From assembly GCA_025055575.1 (NCBI GenBank), contig JANWWP010000023.1:34255-98254 (forward strand): a stretch of DNA of 64,000 nucleotides, read 5' to 3'. Below are positions 48,206 to 57,411 of the stretch, one piece after another. The first letter of the stretch is position 1. The number at the start of each line of letters is the position of its first letter. This stretch comes from Flavobacteriales bacterium (GTDB lineage Bacteria > Bacteroidota > Bacteroidia > CAIKAF01). The notes under the pieces were generated by a model. That model ran no database searches and was not told the DNA's origin. It was given only the letters and a program-made list of their open reading frames with translations. Made by a program: the position numbers and the translations under genes.

Positions 48206-49639
48206 ATGAACCGCACGGTAACCCTGGAAGATCTTGTATATGGTGAAGAGGACTTCAGGGACCACATCCCCTACGAGGATGCTCATGGCAAGCGACGCTG
48301 GATATACCCGAGGAAGCCCCGGGGCCGCTTTCATAAATACAGACAGATTATGGCCTTGGGGCTTTTGGGTCTTTTTTTCACGATGCCCCATATCCGATGG
48401 CATGGACAGCCTTTTTTTCTTATCAATATTTTTGAACGCAAATTCGTGATCCTGGGTCAGGTGTTCTGGCCTCAGGATACGCATCTTCTGATTTTGCTTC
48501 TGCTCATATTTTTTGTAACGGTCATTTTATTCACCGTTGCTTTTGGCCGAATCTGGTGCGGGTGGACCTGCCCCCAGACGGTCTTCATGGAAATGGTATT
48601 CCGGAAAATTGAATATTGGGTTGAAGGCGATGCCAGTGCTCAACGAAAATTGGACCGCCAGCCATGGAATGCGGAGAAAATACGTAAAAAAAGTCTTAAA
48701 CACGCTCTGTTTATTATCATTTCGCTTCTAATCAGCCACACTGTTATGATGTATTTGGTGGGCCGGGACAAAGTCTTTGAACTTGTGACCCGCTCTCCCG
48801 CTGAAAACTGGCCGGGATTTTTGGGTCTGGTAACCTTTACCGGAATTTTTTACTTCGTATTTTCGATATTGCGCGAACACGCCTGCACTTTTATCTGTCC
48901 GTACGGCCGCCTTCAGGGTGTGCTCATCAACCCAGATACCCTCGTTGTAGCATACGATTTCGTGCGGGGCGAACCGCGCGGAAAATTAGTGAAGGGTGAA
49001 AAGGCCGAAGGCAAAGGAGATTGTGTGGACTGTGGATTGTGCGTGCAGGTGTGCCCCACAGGTATTGATATCCGCAACGGAACCCAACTCGAATGTGTGA
49101 ATTGCACAGCCTGCATAGATGCCTGCGATGAAGTGATGGACAAAGTGAAAAAGCCCAAGGGCCTTGTGCGTTTCGCCTCCTTAGCCCAAATTCGGGAAGG
49201 GCGATCTTTTCGTTTCACCTGGCGCATGGCTGCTTATTCGGGTGTCCTATTGGTTCTGGTATCTGTTTTTTTCACACTCATCTTTACCCGTAATAAAGTG
49301 GAAACTACCATTCTGCGGGCTACCGGGCAGCTGTATAACGAAACAAGCGACGGAAAAATTTCCAACCTGTACAATGTGCAGGTCATCAATAAATCTTTTG
49401 ACAGCCTGAGGATTCGGTTTGAGATGGAAGGCCTTCCCGGTGTCCTCAAAAGTGCAGGCCATGGAAAAGAAAAAGTTATTCCGCCCCAGGGCATGCTTCA
49501 GGAAGTTCTCATTTTTGAAGTGGAAAAAAGCCAAATACCCCAGCTTAAAAATAAAATTCAATTAAAACTGATAACCTCCCAGGGTATTTTGGATAAAGTC
49601 TCCACAACGTTCTTAGGTCCCCCGTCAAAAATTCATTAA
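48206..49639 (+). CDS. ccoG: cytochrome c oxidase accessory protein CcoG
   Basis: GRIWCGWTCPQT, CPYGRLQ, CVDCGLCVQVCPTGIDIR, CVNCTACIDAC; start MNRTV. Confidence 0.95.
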   Translation: MNRTVTLEDLVYGEEDFRDHIPYEDAHGKRRWIYPRKPRGRFHKYRQIMALGLLGLFFTMPHIRWHGQPFFLINIFERKFVILGQVFWPQDTHLLILLLLIFFVTVILFTVAFGRIWCGWTCPQTVFMEMVFRKIEYWVEGDASAQRKLDRQPWNAEKIRKKSLKHALFIIISLLISHTVMMYLVGRDKVFELVTRSPAENWPGFLGLVTFTGIFYFVFSILREHACTFICPYGRLQGVLINPDTLVVAYDFVRGEPRGKLVKGEKAEGKGDCVDCGLCVQVCPTGIDIRNGTQLECVNCTACIDACDEVMDKVKKPKGLVRFASLAQIREGRSFRFTWRMAAYSGVLLVLVSVFFTLIFTRNKVETTILRATGQLYNETSDGKISNLYNVQVINKSFDSLRIRFEMEGLPGVLKSAGHGKEKVIPPQGMLQEVLIFEVEKSQIPQLKNKIQLKLITSQGILDKVSTTFLGPPSKIH

Positions 49640-49655
49640 AACAACAGTTTTTTAT

Positions 49656-50126
49656 ATGGACCACATCTCAAAAAAATCTTTTCGGCTGGGCTGGGGTTGG
49701 GGTATCACCTTTGGGATAGCCGGTTTTATGAGTTTTATTCTTGCGATGGTGACCATCAGCATGCGTCAAAAAGATATCCATCTCCAGGCCGACAACTATT
49801 ACGAACAACAACTCAGCTATCAATCCGTGATTGATCAAAAGCGTAAAGCATCTCTGCTTCCTGGACTGCCCAGTATAAAAGCGGACCCGGTATCGGGCGT
49901 TTTGGTATTAGATTTTTCACACACACAACAGCAGGATGTCCATGGCCGGCTTTCTTTATTCCGACCTTCGGATCCATCCTTGGATCAGGATTATGAAATT
50001 CATCTGGACTCATCAGGACAACAAATCCTACAATTAGAAAAGTATCGATATGGAAAATGGCTTTGTAAAATAGCCTGGACTCATCGGGGGGAGGCATACT
50101 ACACCGAATTTTCTTTGCTTTTTTAA
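49656..50126 (+). CDS. ccoH: FixH/CcoH family protein
   Basis: WGWGI transmembrane segment, DNYYEQQL, FRPSD; position in the cco operon. Confidence 0.85.
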   Translation: MDHISKKSFRLGWGWGITFGIAGFMSFILAMVTISMRQKDIHLQADNYYEQQLSYQSVIDQKRKASLLPGLPSIKADPVSGVLVLDFSHTQQQDVHGRLSLFRPSDPSLDQDYEIHLDSSGQQILQLEKYRYGKWLCKIAWTHRGEAYYTEFSLLF

Positions 50127-50129
50127 AAC

Positions 50130-50822
50130 ATGTGGATTCTGGCCTTCACCATGGGCATCACCAGCAGCCTGCATTGCCTGGGAATGTGCGGCCCTCTCGC
50201 AATGGCTTGTCCCGTAACGGGCACAAAAAAAAGTCAGATCCTCGCCAGCCGTCTGGCCTATCACGGAAGCCGAATTCTGATGTATTCGGCCATAGGTTCC
50301 GTCCTGGGACTCATCGGGGAAGCCTTTAAAGTAGCGGGGTGGCATCAGTTTTTATCCATCGTACTCGGCCTCCTGATTCTGCTTCATCTGATGGTGCGTT
50401 GGTTGGGATTTGAAATTCAGGATGCATATATCTTTCGGTTGTTTTTACGGCTCAAAAAGCCCTTTAACGCCTTGATCCTACGTCGAAATTTGGCTTCCAT
50501 CGCTCTTCTGGGGTTGTTGAACGGCCTTCTCCCCTGTGCGATGGTGTATCTGGCCGGCACAATCGCTCTGGCTAATGGCCATTGGGTCCAAGCCATGCTG
50601 TTCATGCTGGCATTTGGCTTTGGGACTACCCCCTTGCTTCTTTTGGCCGCGGAGGGTTTTCGATGGATAAAAAATAAATTGAACTTCGCAGCGGGGTTGG
50701 CCTTGCCTGTGCTTTCGGCTTTGACGGGTCTTCTTCTCATCTTTCGGGGTCTGAACGCCGGCCTGCCCTGGATCAGTCCTGAAATTTTTGGATGGGCCGG
50801 AGAGGCCGCCATGTGCCGGTGA
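50130..50822 (+). CDS. DsbD_2 / TauE-SafE-like membrane protein of cco clusters
   Basis: SLHCLGMCGP, LNGLLPCAMVY, FGFGTTP. Confidence 0.88.
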   Translation: MWILAFTMGITSSLHCLGMCGPLAMACPVTGTKKSQILASRLAYHGSRILMYSAIGSVLGLIGEAFKVAGWHQFLSIVLGLLILLHLMVRWLGFEIQDAYIFRLFLRLKKPFNALILRRNLASIALLGLLNGLLPCAMVYLAGTIALANGHWVQAMLFMLAFGFGTTPLLLLAAEGFRWIKNKLNFAAGLALPVLSALTGLLLIFRGLNAGLPWISPEIFGWAGEAAMCR

Positions 50823-50885
50823 ATGTGCACAAGGGGATTAATGCGCTTTAAAGGATTTCGAAAACAACGCCTTCACAGGTCCACT

Positions 50886-50937
50886 GAGAAAAGCCAAGGA
50901 CAGTTGAGCCGCAGGCTTCAGGCTTTCTCTTTACTTT
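50886..50937 (+). terminator. possible terminator hairpin after the cco operon
   Basis: GAGAAAAGCC...GGCTTTCTC enclosing GAGCC-gca-GGCTT, then a T-rich tract; imperfect. Confidence 0.35.
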
Positions 50938-50956
50938 CGCGCAAAGATTCTGAGGC

Positions 50957-51796
50957 ATGCGGCTTTACACTGTGAACACAGGTTTTTTTAAGCTGGACGG
51001 CGGGGCCATGTTCGGCGTGGTGCCCAAATCTATCTGGAATTCTTTGAACCCGGCTGACGAAAACAACATGTGCACGTGGGCCATGCGCTGCCTTCTGGTA
51101 GAAACAGAGAAACGTTTGATTCTGATAGATTGCGGAATTGGCAATAAACAGGATGCCCGTTTTTTTGCCCACTATTATTTGCATGGCTCAGACAATCTCG
51201 AAACCTCCTTGCGCCATCACGGTTTCGCACCGGAAGACCTAACCGATGTGGTGCTCACCCACTTGCATTTTGACCACTGTGGAGGCGCGGTGTTGCGTAA
51301 GAATGATGGACGCCTTGTGCCTACATTTCCGAATGCCCGGTATTGGACAAACCGCCCACACTGGAACTGGGCCTGCCAGCCAAACCTCCGAGAAAAAGCC
51401 TCTTTTCTCAAGGAAAATTTCATCCCTTTGCTGGAACATGGACAAGTGGTTTGGTGTCAGGATAACGAAGAAATTGCACCTGGGGTTCGGGTGCGCTTTT
51501 TCCACGGCCACACGGAAGCGCAAATGATCCCTTTCATCCAATATCAAAACCGAACTGTTGTCTTTTGCGCGGATCTAATGCCATCGGCAGGTCATATCCG
51601 GCCGGCTTACGTGATGGCTTACGACGTGCGGCCCCTTACATCCCTGGATGAACGGTATGCCTTCGTGAAGGAAGCCATCGAGAATGAATATATTTTATTT
51701 TTCGAACATGATCCGCGCTATAGCTGCGGAATTTTGGAAGGTTCTGCTGAAAAACCTCAAGGACGCTTTTTCTCTGAACTTTCTGAAGTGTTATAA
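50957..51796 (+). CDS. MBL-fold metallo-hydrolase (YtnP-like)
   Basis: LDGGAMFGVVPK, THLHFDHCGG, GHT, FEHDP. Confidence 0.92.
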   Translation: MRLYTVNTGFFKLDGGAMFGVVPKSIWNSLNPADENNMCTWAMRCLLVETEKRLILIDCGIGNKQDARFFAHYYLHGSDNLETSLRHHGFAPEDLTDVVLTHLHFDHCGGAVLRKNDGRLVPTFPNARYWTNRPHWNWACQPNLREKASFLKENFIPLLEHGQVVWCQDNEEIAPGVRVRFFHGHTEAQMIPFIQYQNRTVVFCADLMPSAGHIRPAYVMAYDVRPLTSLDERYAFVKEAIENEYILFFEHDPRYSCGILEGSAEKPQGRFFSELSEVL

Positions 51797-51816
51797 ACCA
51801 CTCATCCCCTCTTCTC

Positions 51817-52830
51817 ATGACGATGCGCCAATTGATTTTAGGTTTTTGGGACGATGTGCGGCAAGCCTTCAACCAGCCGCTCCCTGAAAATTTAGAAAAA
51901 TATAAAACACAACATTTTTCACGCCTGGTGCTTTGCGGCCTGGGGGGCAGCGGAATGGCAGGCAGCCTTATCCGTAGCCTGACCGAAAATTTTTCCGAAT
52001 TAAATAATTCAAATCCTTTATGGATCAGCCAATGTCGTGAATACGACCTGCCGGCCTGCCGGCCGGAAGACACCTTAATTTTTTTGTCTTCCCATAGCGG
52101 CAACACGGAGGAAACCCTTTCTTGCGCCCAGCAGGCTGCCGAAAAAGGAATTTTTTGCGTGGTCTTCACCTCCGGCGGCAAGTTGCAACACATGGCCCTG
52201 GAGCACAATTGGCCTTGGGTCCCCCTGCCAGGTGGCAGGCCGCCCCGTTCATGCCTGGGTTTTTCCTGGGTGCTTCAGATGCGCGTGATGGCAACTTTAG
52301 GATTGTTGCATGAGAGCGTATTAAACACGCTGATCACCTCAATTCCAGAATGGGCCCAAAGGCAAAATATCATGGACGATGATGCCCGCGAAATGGCTTT
52401 TCATTTAAAAGACAAATGCCTTCTCATCGTCACAGATACCTTGCTTCAGCCTGTGGCAGAAAGATGGATGCAACAGTTGTGTGAAAATGCCAAAACCATG
52501 ACCCATGTAGCCATCGTTCCTGAAATGAACCACAACGAACTGGTGGCCTGGCGCAACCTGCCGCGCGAAACCCATGTTCTTTTCCTGGAGCATCCAGGCT
52601 TGCATCCCCGGAACCGTCTGCGCTATACTTTTTTACAAAACGAAATAAACAACCGCCTTCCCTATTCCCGAATTGTGGCCGGTGAAAACTCACTAATAGC
52701 CAATTATGCCTACTTAATACACTGGGGTGATGTGTTGTCAGATCATCTGGCCACTGTCCATGGTGTCGATGCCATGGATATCCAAGTGATTGACCGACTG
52801 AAACAATTTTTGGATGCACACCGCGGATGA
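51817..52830 (+). CDS. bifunctional phosphoglucose/phosphomannose isomerase (SIS domain)
   Basis: CGLGGSG, SHSGNTEETL, TSGGKL, PPRS, QLCENAK, PEMNHNE. Confidence 0.87.
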   Translation: MTMRQLILGFWDDVRQAFNQPLPENLEKYKTQHFSRLVLCGLGGSGMAGSLIRSLTENFSELNNSNPLWISQCREYDLPACRPEDTLIFLSSHSGNTEETLSCAQQAAEKGIFCVVFTSGGKLQHMALEHNWPWVPLPGGRPPRSCLGFSWVLQMRVMATLGLLHESVLNTLITSIPEWAQRQNIMDDDAREMAFHLKDKCLLIVTDTLLQPVAERWMQQLCENAKTMTHVAIVPEMNHNELVAWRNLPRETHVLFLEHPGLHPRNRLRYTFLQNEINNRLPYSRIVAGENSLIANYAYLIHWGDVLSDHLATVHGVDAMDIQVIDRLKQFLDAHRG

Positions 52831-53626
52831 ATTACCTGTGATCCGGGTAGCCGACCTGGGACAGGCCGATTATTTGGCCAGTTGGAAGCTTCAGGAAAGC
52901 CTGCTCTACGAAGCCACGGAAATCAAATTATTCAACCGCGAGCGACCGGCCAGTGAACACCGGCCCATGCCCCACTATCTTCTTCTCTGTGAGCACAATC
53001 CTGTGTTCACTTTAGGAAAAAGCGCACACCCTGAAAATATCCTGACAGATGAAAAAACGTTGGCCAAGCTGGGTATCCAGGTGCACCGCATCAACCGTGG
53101 GGGCGATGTCACATACCACGGCCCGGGACAGTTGACGGGTTATCCTATTCTGGACCTGGAATTTTTTTTTACAGACCTTCATAAATACATGCGTATGCTG
53201 GAGGAAGTGATGATTCGCATGTTATCCGACTTTGGCCTAAAGGCGGGGCGTATTCCAGGGTTGACAGGCGTTTGGATGGACGGCGACAAACCCTATCAGG
53301 CGCGCAAAATTTGTGCGTTTGGCGTGCACATGAGCCGATGGATCACGCTGCACGGATTTGGCCTTAATGTGAATCCGCGCTTGGATATGTTCCAACATAT
53401 CGTCCCATGTGGCATTCAGGATAAAGGCGTCACTTCCATGGCTTGGGAACTCGGATACGACCCAGGAATGGACCGGGTGAAAGAGTCGGTTATCCATCAT
53501 TTTGGTAAAGTTTTTAAGGCCAGGATGGAAAATTTGGAATCCGGAAAATTAGAATGGTTCAAATCCCAGACCCGGTTGTCAACCGCTAAGCCGGAGGCTG
53601 CCGCTCCAGATGCCGCTCCCGCATGA
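52814..53626 (+). CDS. lipB: lipoyl(octanoyl) transferase
   Basis: EHNPVFTLG, RGGDVTYHGPGQL, RKICAFG, HGFGLNV, IVPCGI. Confidence 0.95.
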   Translation: MHTADELPVIRVADLGQADYLASWKLQESLLYEATEIKLFNRERPASEHRPMPHYLLLCEHNPVFTLGKSAHPENILTDEKTLAKLGIQVHRINRGGDVTYHGPGQLTGYPILDLEFFFTDLHKYMRMLEEVMIRMLSDFGLKAGRIPGLTGVWMDGDKPYQARKICAFGVHMSRWITLHGFGLNVNPRLDMFQHIVPCGIQDKGVTSMAWELGYDPGMDRVKESVIHHFGKVFKARMENLESGKLEWFKSQTRLSTAKPEAAAPDAAPA

Positions 53627-53918
53627 ACAGGAAGAAAGGAAGGGCAAAAGCTATGGAAATAATAACCGCTAAAACGGGGTAAACCCACACCCGGCGCATC
53701 CTTAAACGCCCTCCTTCCACCCCCATAAAAATAACGCCCGCCAGGGCGGCGAACAGCAGATCATACACCAGCGAGGACAGCACCGGGAAAGCGTGAATCA
53801 GTTGCCATGGAGTAGCTTTTTCAAAAGTCCAGTCTGTGAGAATATTGAAATACATAGGCACCACAGCGCCCGGCAAGCTGATGAGGAGATAAACATATTT
53901 GAGATGGCGCCTTTTCAT
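53586..53918 (-). CDS. DUF2834-like small membrane protein
   Basis: Three hydrophobic segments, DLL..EG.R, ALPFFLFMRER. Confidence 0.7.
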   Translation of the reverse strand: MKRRHLKYVYLLISLPGAVVPMYFNILTDWTFEKATPWQLIHAFPVLSSLVYDLLFAALAGVIFMGVEGGRLRMRRVWVYPVLAVIISIAFALPFFLFMRERHLERQPPA

Positions 53919-54658
53919 TCTGAGGAATCCTCCGTGAAGCCCAACACATCCCGCATGGAATACATGCCCTGCCGCCCCGCCAAAAATTCAGCCGCCATGA
54001 CGGCGCCCAAGGCAAACCCTTCCCTAGAAAAAGCGTGATGCCGAATTTCTAACCTATCCACCTGCGAAGTCCAGATCACTTGGTGCCGTCCCACCTCGCC
54101 GGGAACCCTGGAAGAAAATACCGAAAGCAGGTCTTCCTGCTCCGCGGAATTCAGTTGCCATCCCTTTTGGCCGGAGATTTGGATCAAATCCTGAGCTAAT
54201 TGAACCGCGGTGCCGCTGGGCATATCTTTCTTACCCGTATGGTGGCTTTCAAGAATCACAGGGCGATATTCCGGAAATTTTATCATGCGACGGGCCAGCC
54301 AGCGGTTCAATTCAAAAAAAAGGTGTACCCCCAGGCTGAAATTCGAGGATGCAATCATGGCGCCCTGATGCGCCCTGCACAAGGCTTCGGCCTCTGAAAG
54401 CCGCTTTTGCCAGCCGGTGGTGCCGCTTACAACAGGGATTCCGGCACGGAAGCAGGCCGCAATATTGTCAAAAGCGGAATCCGGAGAAGTAAATTCAATC
54501 ACGACATCTGCAGGCCCGAATTTTTGAAGCCAAACATCCGGAGGTTCCGACCGGTCGGATTTAATGCCGACAATCGAATGCCCTCTTTGCAGAGCCACAT
54601 GTTCCACCATGCGGCCCATACGGCCATATCCCATCAAAAGGAGGCGCAGGGAGGGCAA
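53915..54658 (-). CDS. dapB: 4-hydroxy-tetrahydrodipicolinate reductase
   Basis: GYGRMG, VVSGTTGW, NFSLGV, ESHHTGKKDMPSGTA, REGFALGA. Confidence 0.95.
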   Translation of the reverse strand: MPSLRLLLMGYGRMGRMVEHVALQRGHSIVGIKSDRSEPPDVWLQKFGPADVVIEFTSPDSAFDNIAACFRAGIPVVSGTTGWQKRLSEAEALCRAHQGAMIASSNFSLGVHLFFELNRWLARRMIKFPEYRPVILESHHTGKKDMPSGTAVQLAQDLIQISGQKGWQLNSAEQEDLLSVFSSRVPGEVGRHQVIWTSQVDRLEIRHHAFSREGFALGAVMAAEFLAGRQGMYSMRDVLGFTEDSSE

Positions 54659-54662
54659 GGGT

Positions 54663-55226
54663 TTACTCTTTGACCCTTTCCAGATACTCGCCGGTTTCGG
54701 TGTTCACCCGGATTTTTTCACCTTGGTTCACGAAAAGGGGAACCGATATCCGGGCGCCGGTTTCCAGGGTGGCGGGCTTCAGCGTCTTGGTAGCGGTATC
54801 CCCACGAAGGCCTGGTTCTGTGTAAGTCACTTCCAGCTCCACCACTTTGGGAGGCCTGGCCAGAACAGGCGTTTCTCCATCAAAACCCACCACCACTTCG
54901 CTGCCTTCTTTCAGAAAACTGAGGGCTTCGCCAAAAAGGTTTTCATGCACATAATACTGCTCGAAAGTGCCGCCGTCCATACACACCAAATCGTTTCCAT
55001 CTTTATATAAGTATTGAAGGTTGCGCTCTTCAACCCGGACTTCCTCCACTTCTTCATCCGGACGAAAGCGGTATTCCGCCAGTTTTCCTGTTCGAATATT
55101 CCGCATTTTAGCCTGGTAAAAGGCCCTGAGGTTTCCCGGTGTCCTGTGAATGTATTCAATGATCAGGCAGAGCTCACCATTGAATTTGATGTAGCTGCCG
55201 GTGGAAAGGTCGGATGCTTTGGCCAT
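54663..55226 (-). CDS. efp: elongation factor P
   Basis: TEPGLRGDTA, KPATLETG, VPLFVNQGE, GEYLER; loop HRTPGNLRAFY. Confidence 0.96.
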   Translation of the reverse strand: MAKASDLSTGSYIKFNGELCLIIEYIHRTPGNLRAFYQAKMRNIRTGKLAEYRFRPDEEVEEVRVEERNLQYLYKDGNDLVCMDGGTFEQYYVHENLFGEALSFLKEGSEVVVGFDGETPVLARPPKVVELEVTYTEPGLRGDTATKTLKPATLETGARISVPLFVNQGEKIRVNTETGEYLERVKE

Positions 55227-55235
55227 GGTGCAAAT

Positions 55236-55943
55236 TTACTTGACCCGCTTTTCTTTTTCCCAATTTCTTGTAATTTGGAATGAAACAGATAACCACCAGA
55301 GCGGACTCCGCGTGTCTTTAAAAGGCTTTTGCCCCATGTTATCCACATAGGCCCGATTTAAATAATTAAACAGTGTAATATTGTATTTAATAGAAAACAT
55401 CCAAACCTGAACCCCGGCGTGAAAGGAAGGGTTAAAAGGAAGTACTGCTTCCGAAAAAATTGTAAACCTCTTATCCATCCGGTTATTATGCAGCCGTGTT
55501 GTTTCTTTATAGAAAATCATCAAATTGGCGGCCATTCCCATCAAAGCCGCAAACTGGGGCTTTCTGAGCCGGCCTATCCGGAAGGTGAGCGGCGCACATA
55601 AGGCAATATTTCGCCATTTTCGTTGAAGGCTGTCGTTGGCCAATATCAAGCCCAGATTGCGCATGCCAAAACCCAGGGAAAGTCCCATGGTTTCGCTGAA
55701 ATGGTAGTTGAGATGCCCCATGAGATTAGGGAATGCTGTGTATCGAAACCGGGGGCGAAGATTCAAAGCATCGCTGGTGTTTTTGTAAAAACTGCTCGAC
55801 AGAATGTTTTCCCACTCCAGAGTGCCGCTCCATTTTTGAGCTGTCAAGGGCAGCCCCCTCCCCAAGGAAAGGCCCATAATCAAACAAATGGATTGCAAAT
55901 AGTGTTGGAAGGTTTTTGGACGTTGAATTGTTATCGAGGACAT
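55236..55943 (-). CDS. hypothetical exported protein, probable outer-membrane beta-barrel
   Basis: Signal-like N-terminus ending in AQ, amphipathic strands, WWLSVSF near the C-terminus. Confidence 0.55.
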   Translation of the reverse strand: MSSITIQRPKTFQHYLQSICLIMGLSLGRGLPLTAQKWSGTLEWENILSSSFYKNTSDALNLRPRFRYTAFPNLMGHLNYHFSETMGLSLGFGMRNLGLILANDSLQRKWRNIALCAPLTFRIGRLRKPQFAALMGMAANLMIFYKETTRLHNNRMDKRFTIFSEAVLPFNPSFHAGVQVWMFSIKYNITLFNYLNRAYVDNMGQKPFKDTRSPLWWLSVSFQITRNWEKEKRVK

Positions 55944-55957
55944 GATGATTTTTATAC

Positions 55958-55985
55958 CAAAAGTAAATCCGATGGCCTAAATTTG
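55958..55985. promoter_or_regulatory. back-to-back divergent -7 elements
   Basis: TACTTTTG on the minus strand (55958-55965) and TAAATTTG on the plus strand (55978-55985). Confidence 0.55.
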
Positions 55986-56005
55986 AGGGCAATTTTAATG
56001 GTACC

Positions 56006-56620
56006 ATGAGTTTCCAATTACCTTCTCTGCCTTATGCCTATGATGCCTTAGAGCCTCACATTGACGCCCTCACCATGGAAATACATTACAGCCGGCATCA
56101 TCAAGCTTATGTGACGAACTTGAACAATGCCCTGCCAGGGTCCGGCGCCGAAGGGCTTTCATTGGATGATATCTGCCGGCAGGTGTCGCGCTTTTCGGCG
56201 GCCATCCGTAATAACGGGGGCGGCCATTGGAACCACAGCCTATTTTGGGAAATTATGAGCCCTCAAGGTGGTGGGGAGCCCGGTGGCGCTCTGGGGGAGG
56301 CCATTCAAAACTACTTTGGTTCCTTTTCCGATTTCTGGAATCAGTTCGCCCAGGCTGGCGCTACGCGTTTTGGAAGCGGGTGGGCCTGGTTGTGCGTGAA
56401 GGACGACAAAAGCCTCTGCGTATGCAGCACGCCTAATCAGGACAATCCCTTGATGGACGTGGCGGAGTGTCGAGGAGTGCCCATTCTTGGTATGGATGTT
56501 TGGGAACACGCCTACTATTTAAAGTACCAAAACCGTCGTCCAGACTACATAGCGGCCTTTAAAAACGTCATCAACTGGCCAGCCGTAGAAAAAAGATATC
56601 AACAGTTCATGGGAATTTAA
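56006..56620 (+). CDS. sodA: Fe/Mn superoxide dismutase (Mn-type signature)
   Basis: [38 protein letters not shown]. Confidence 0.93.
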   Translation: MSFQLPSLPYAYDALEPHIDALTMEIHYSRHHQAYVTNLNNALPGSGAEGLSLDDICRQVSRFSAAIRNNGGGHWNHSLFWEIMSPQGGGEPGGALGEAIQNYFGSFSDFWNQFAQAGATRFGSGWAWLCVKDDKSLCVCSTPNQDNPLMDVAECRGVPILGMDVWEHAYYLKYQNRRPDYIAAFKNVINWPAVEKRYQQFMGI

Positions 56621-56643
56621 TCCTGATAATCAACCCTTTGACC

Positions 56644-56670
56644 TCCCGCCGGTAGGCGGGATTTTTTTTT
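56644..56670 (+). terminator. intrinsic terminator
   Basis: TCCCGCC-ggta-GGCGGGA followed by T9. Confidence 0.88.
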
Positions 56671-56751
56671 CTGTTTTTTGTTCAACTTTTTCTTGTTTTT
56701 CTTAAACAAAACGTATATTTGTGGAGTTTTTTATCCAAAATCTTAAACAAG

Positions 56752-57288
56752 ATGGACTCCAGAAAATTCTCAACTCTGGTTCTCGCGCAAAGAGATCATT
56801 TACACTACTTCGCATTAAGCCTCACACGCAATGTGCCGGACTCCGAAGATCTCGTTCAAGAAACCCTGTGCAAAGCCTTCACGTACCGAAACCGATTTGC
56901 AGAAAACACCAACTTGAAGGCCTGGCTATTCACCATTATGAAAAACATTTTTATTAACAACTACCGGCGGAAAGTGAAAGCCAATACCATTTTTGACCAT
57001 TCTAAAGAAAGTTGGCTTATCAACCTGCCCCAGGTATCCCGCTTGCCGGATCCGGAAACCTCTTACCGATACCAGGAACTTTTAAATGCCTTGAACTTTC
57101 TGCCTGAAGAATTGGGCACACCCCTCAAAATGTATTTCGAGGGATACAAATACAAGGAAATTGCGGAACGCTTTGGGCTCCCTATCGGCACAGTAAAAAG
57201 CCGAATTTTTATTGCCCGTAAACAGATACTCAAAATTTTGCGGGAGGGAAAAACGGTCCCATCCGAACAAGGAGTCTGTCTCGCTTGA
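56752..57288 (+). CDS. ECF RNA polymerase sigma-70 factor
   Basis: EDLVQET, NLKAWLFTIMKNIFINNYR, YKEIAE..PIGTVKSRI; start MDSRK because the track's start codon lies inside the TATATTTG element at 56714-56721. Confidence 0.92.
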   Translation: MDSRKFSTLVLAQRDHLHYFALSLTRNVPDSEDLVQETLCKAFTYRNRFAENTNLKAWLFTIMKNIFINNYRRKVKANTIFDHSKESWLINLPQVSRLPDPETSYRYQELLNALNFLPEELGTPLKMYFEGYKYKEIAERFGLPIGTVKSRIFIARKQILKILREGKTVPSEQGVCLA

Positions 57289-57411
57289 AATTGTCTCCGA
57301 ACGCGTTATATTAAAACTCCGGAAAAAGTTTTCCGGATTGTTTATTAGGTTGTCTGCCCTGCTCGACAAGCCTATATATATGTATATTTGACACTTTCAT
57401 TTCCTTGACCT

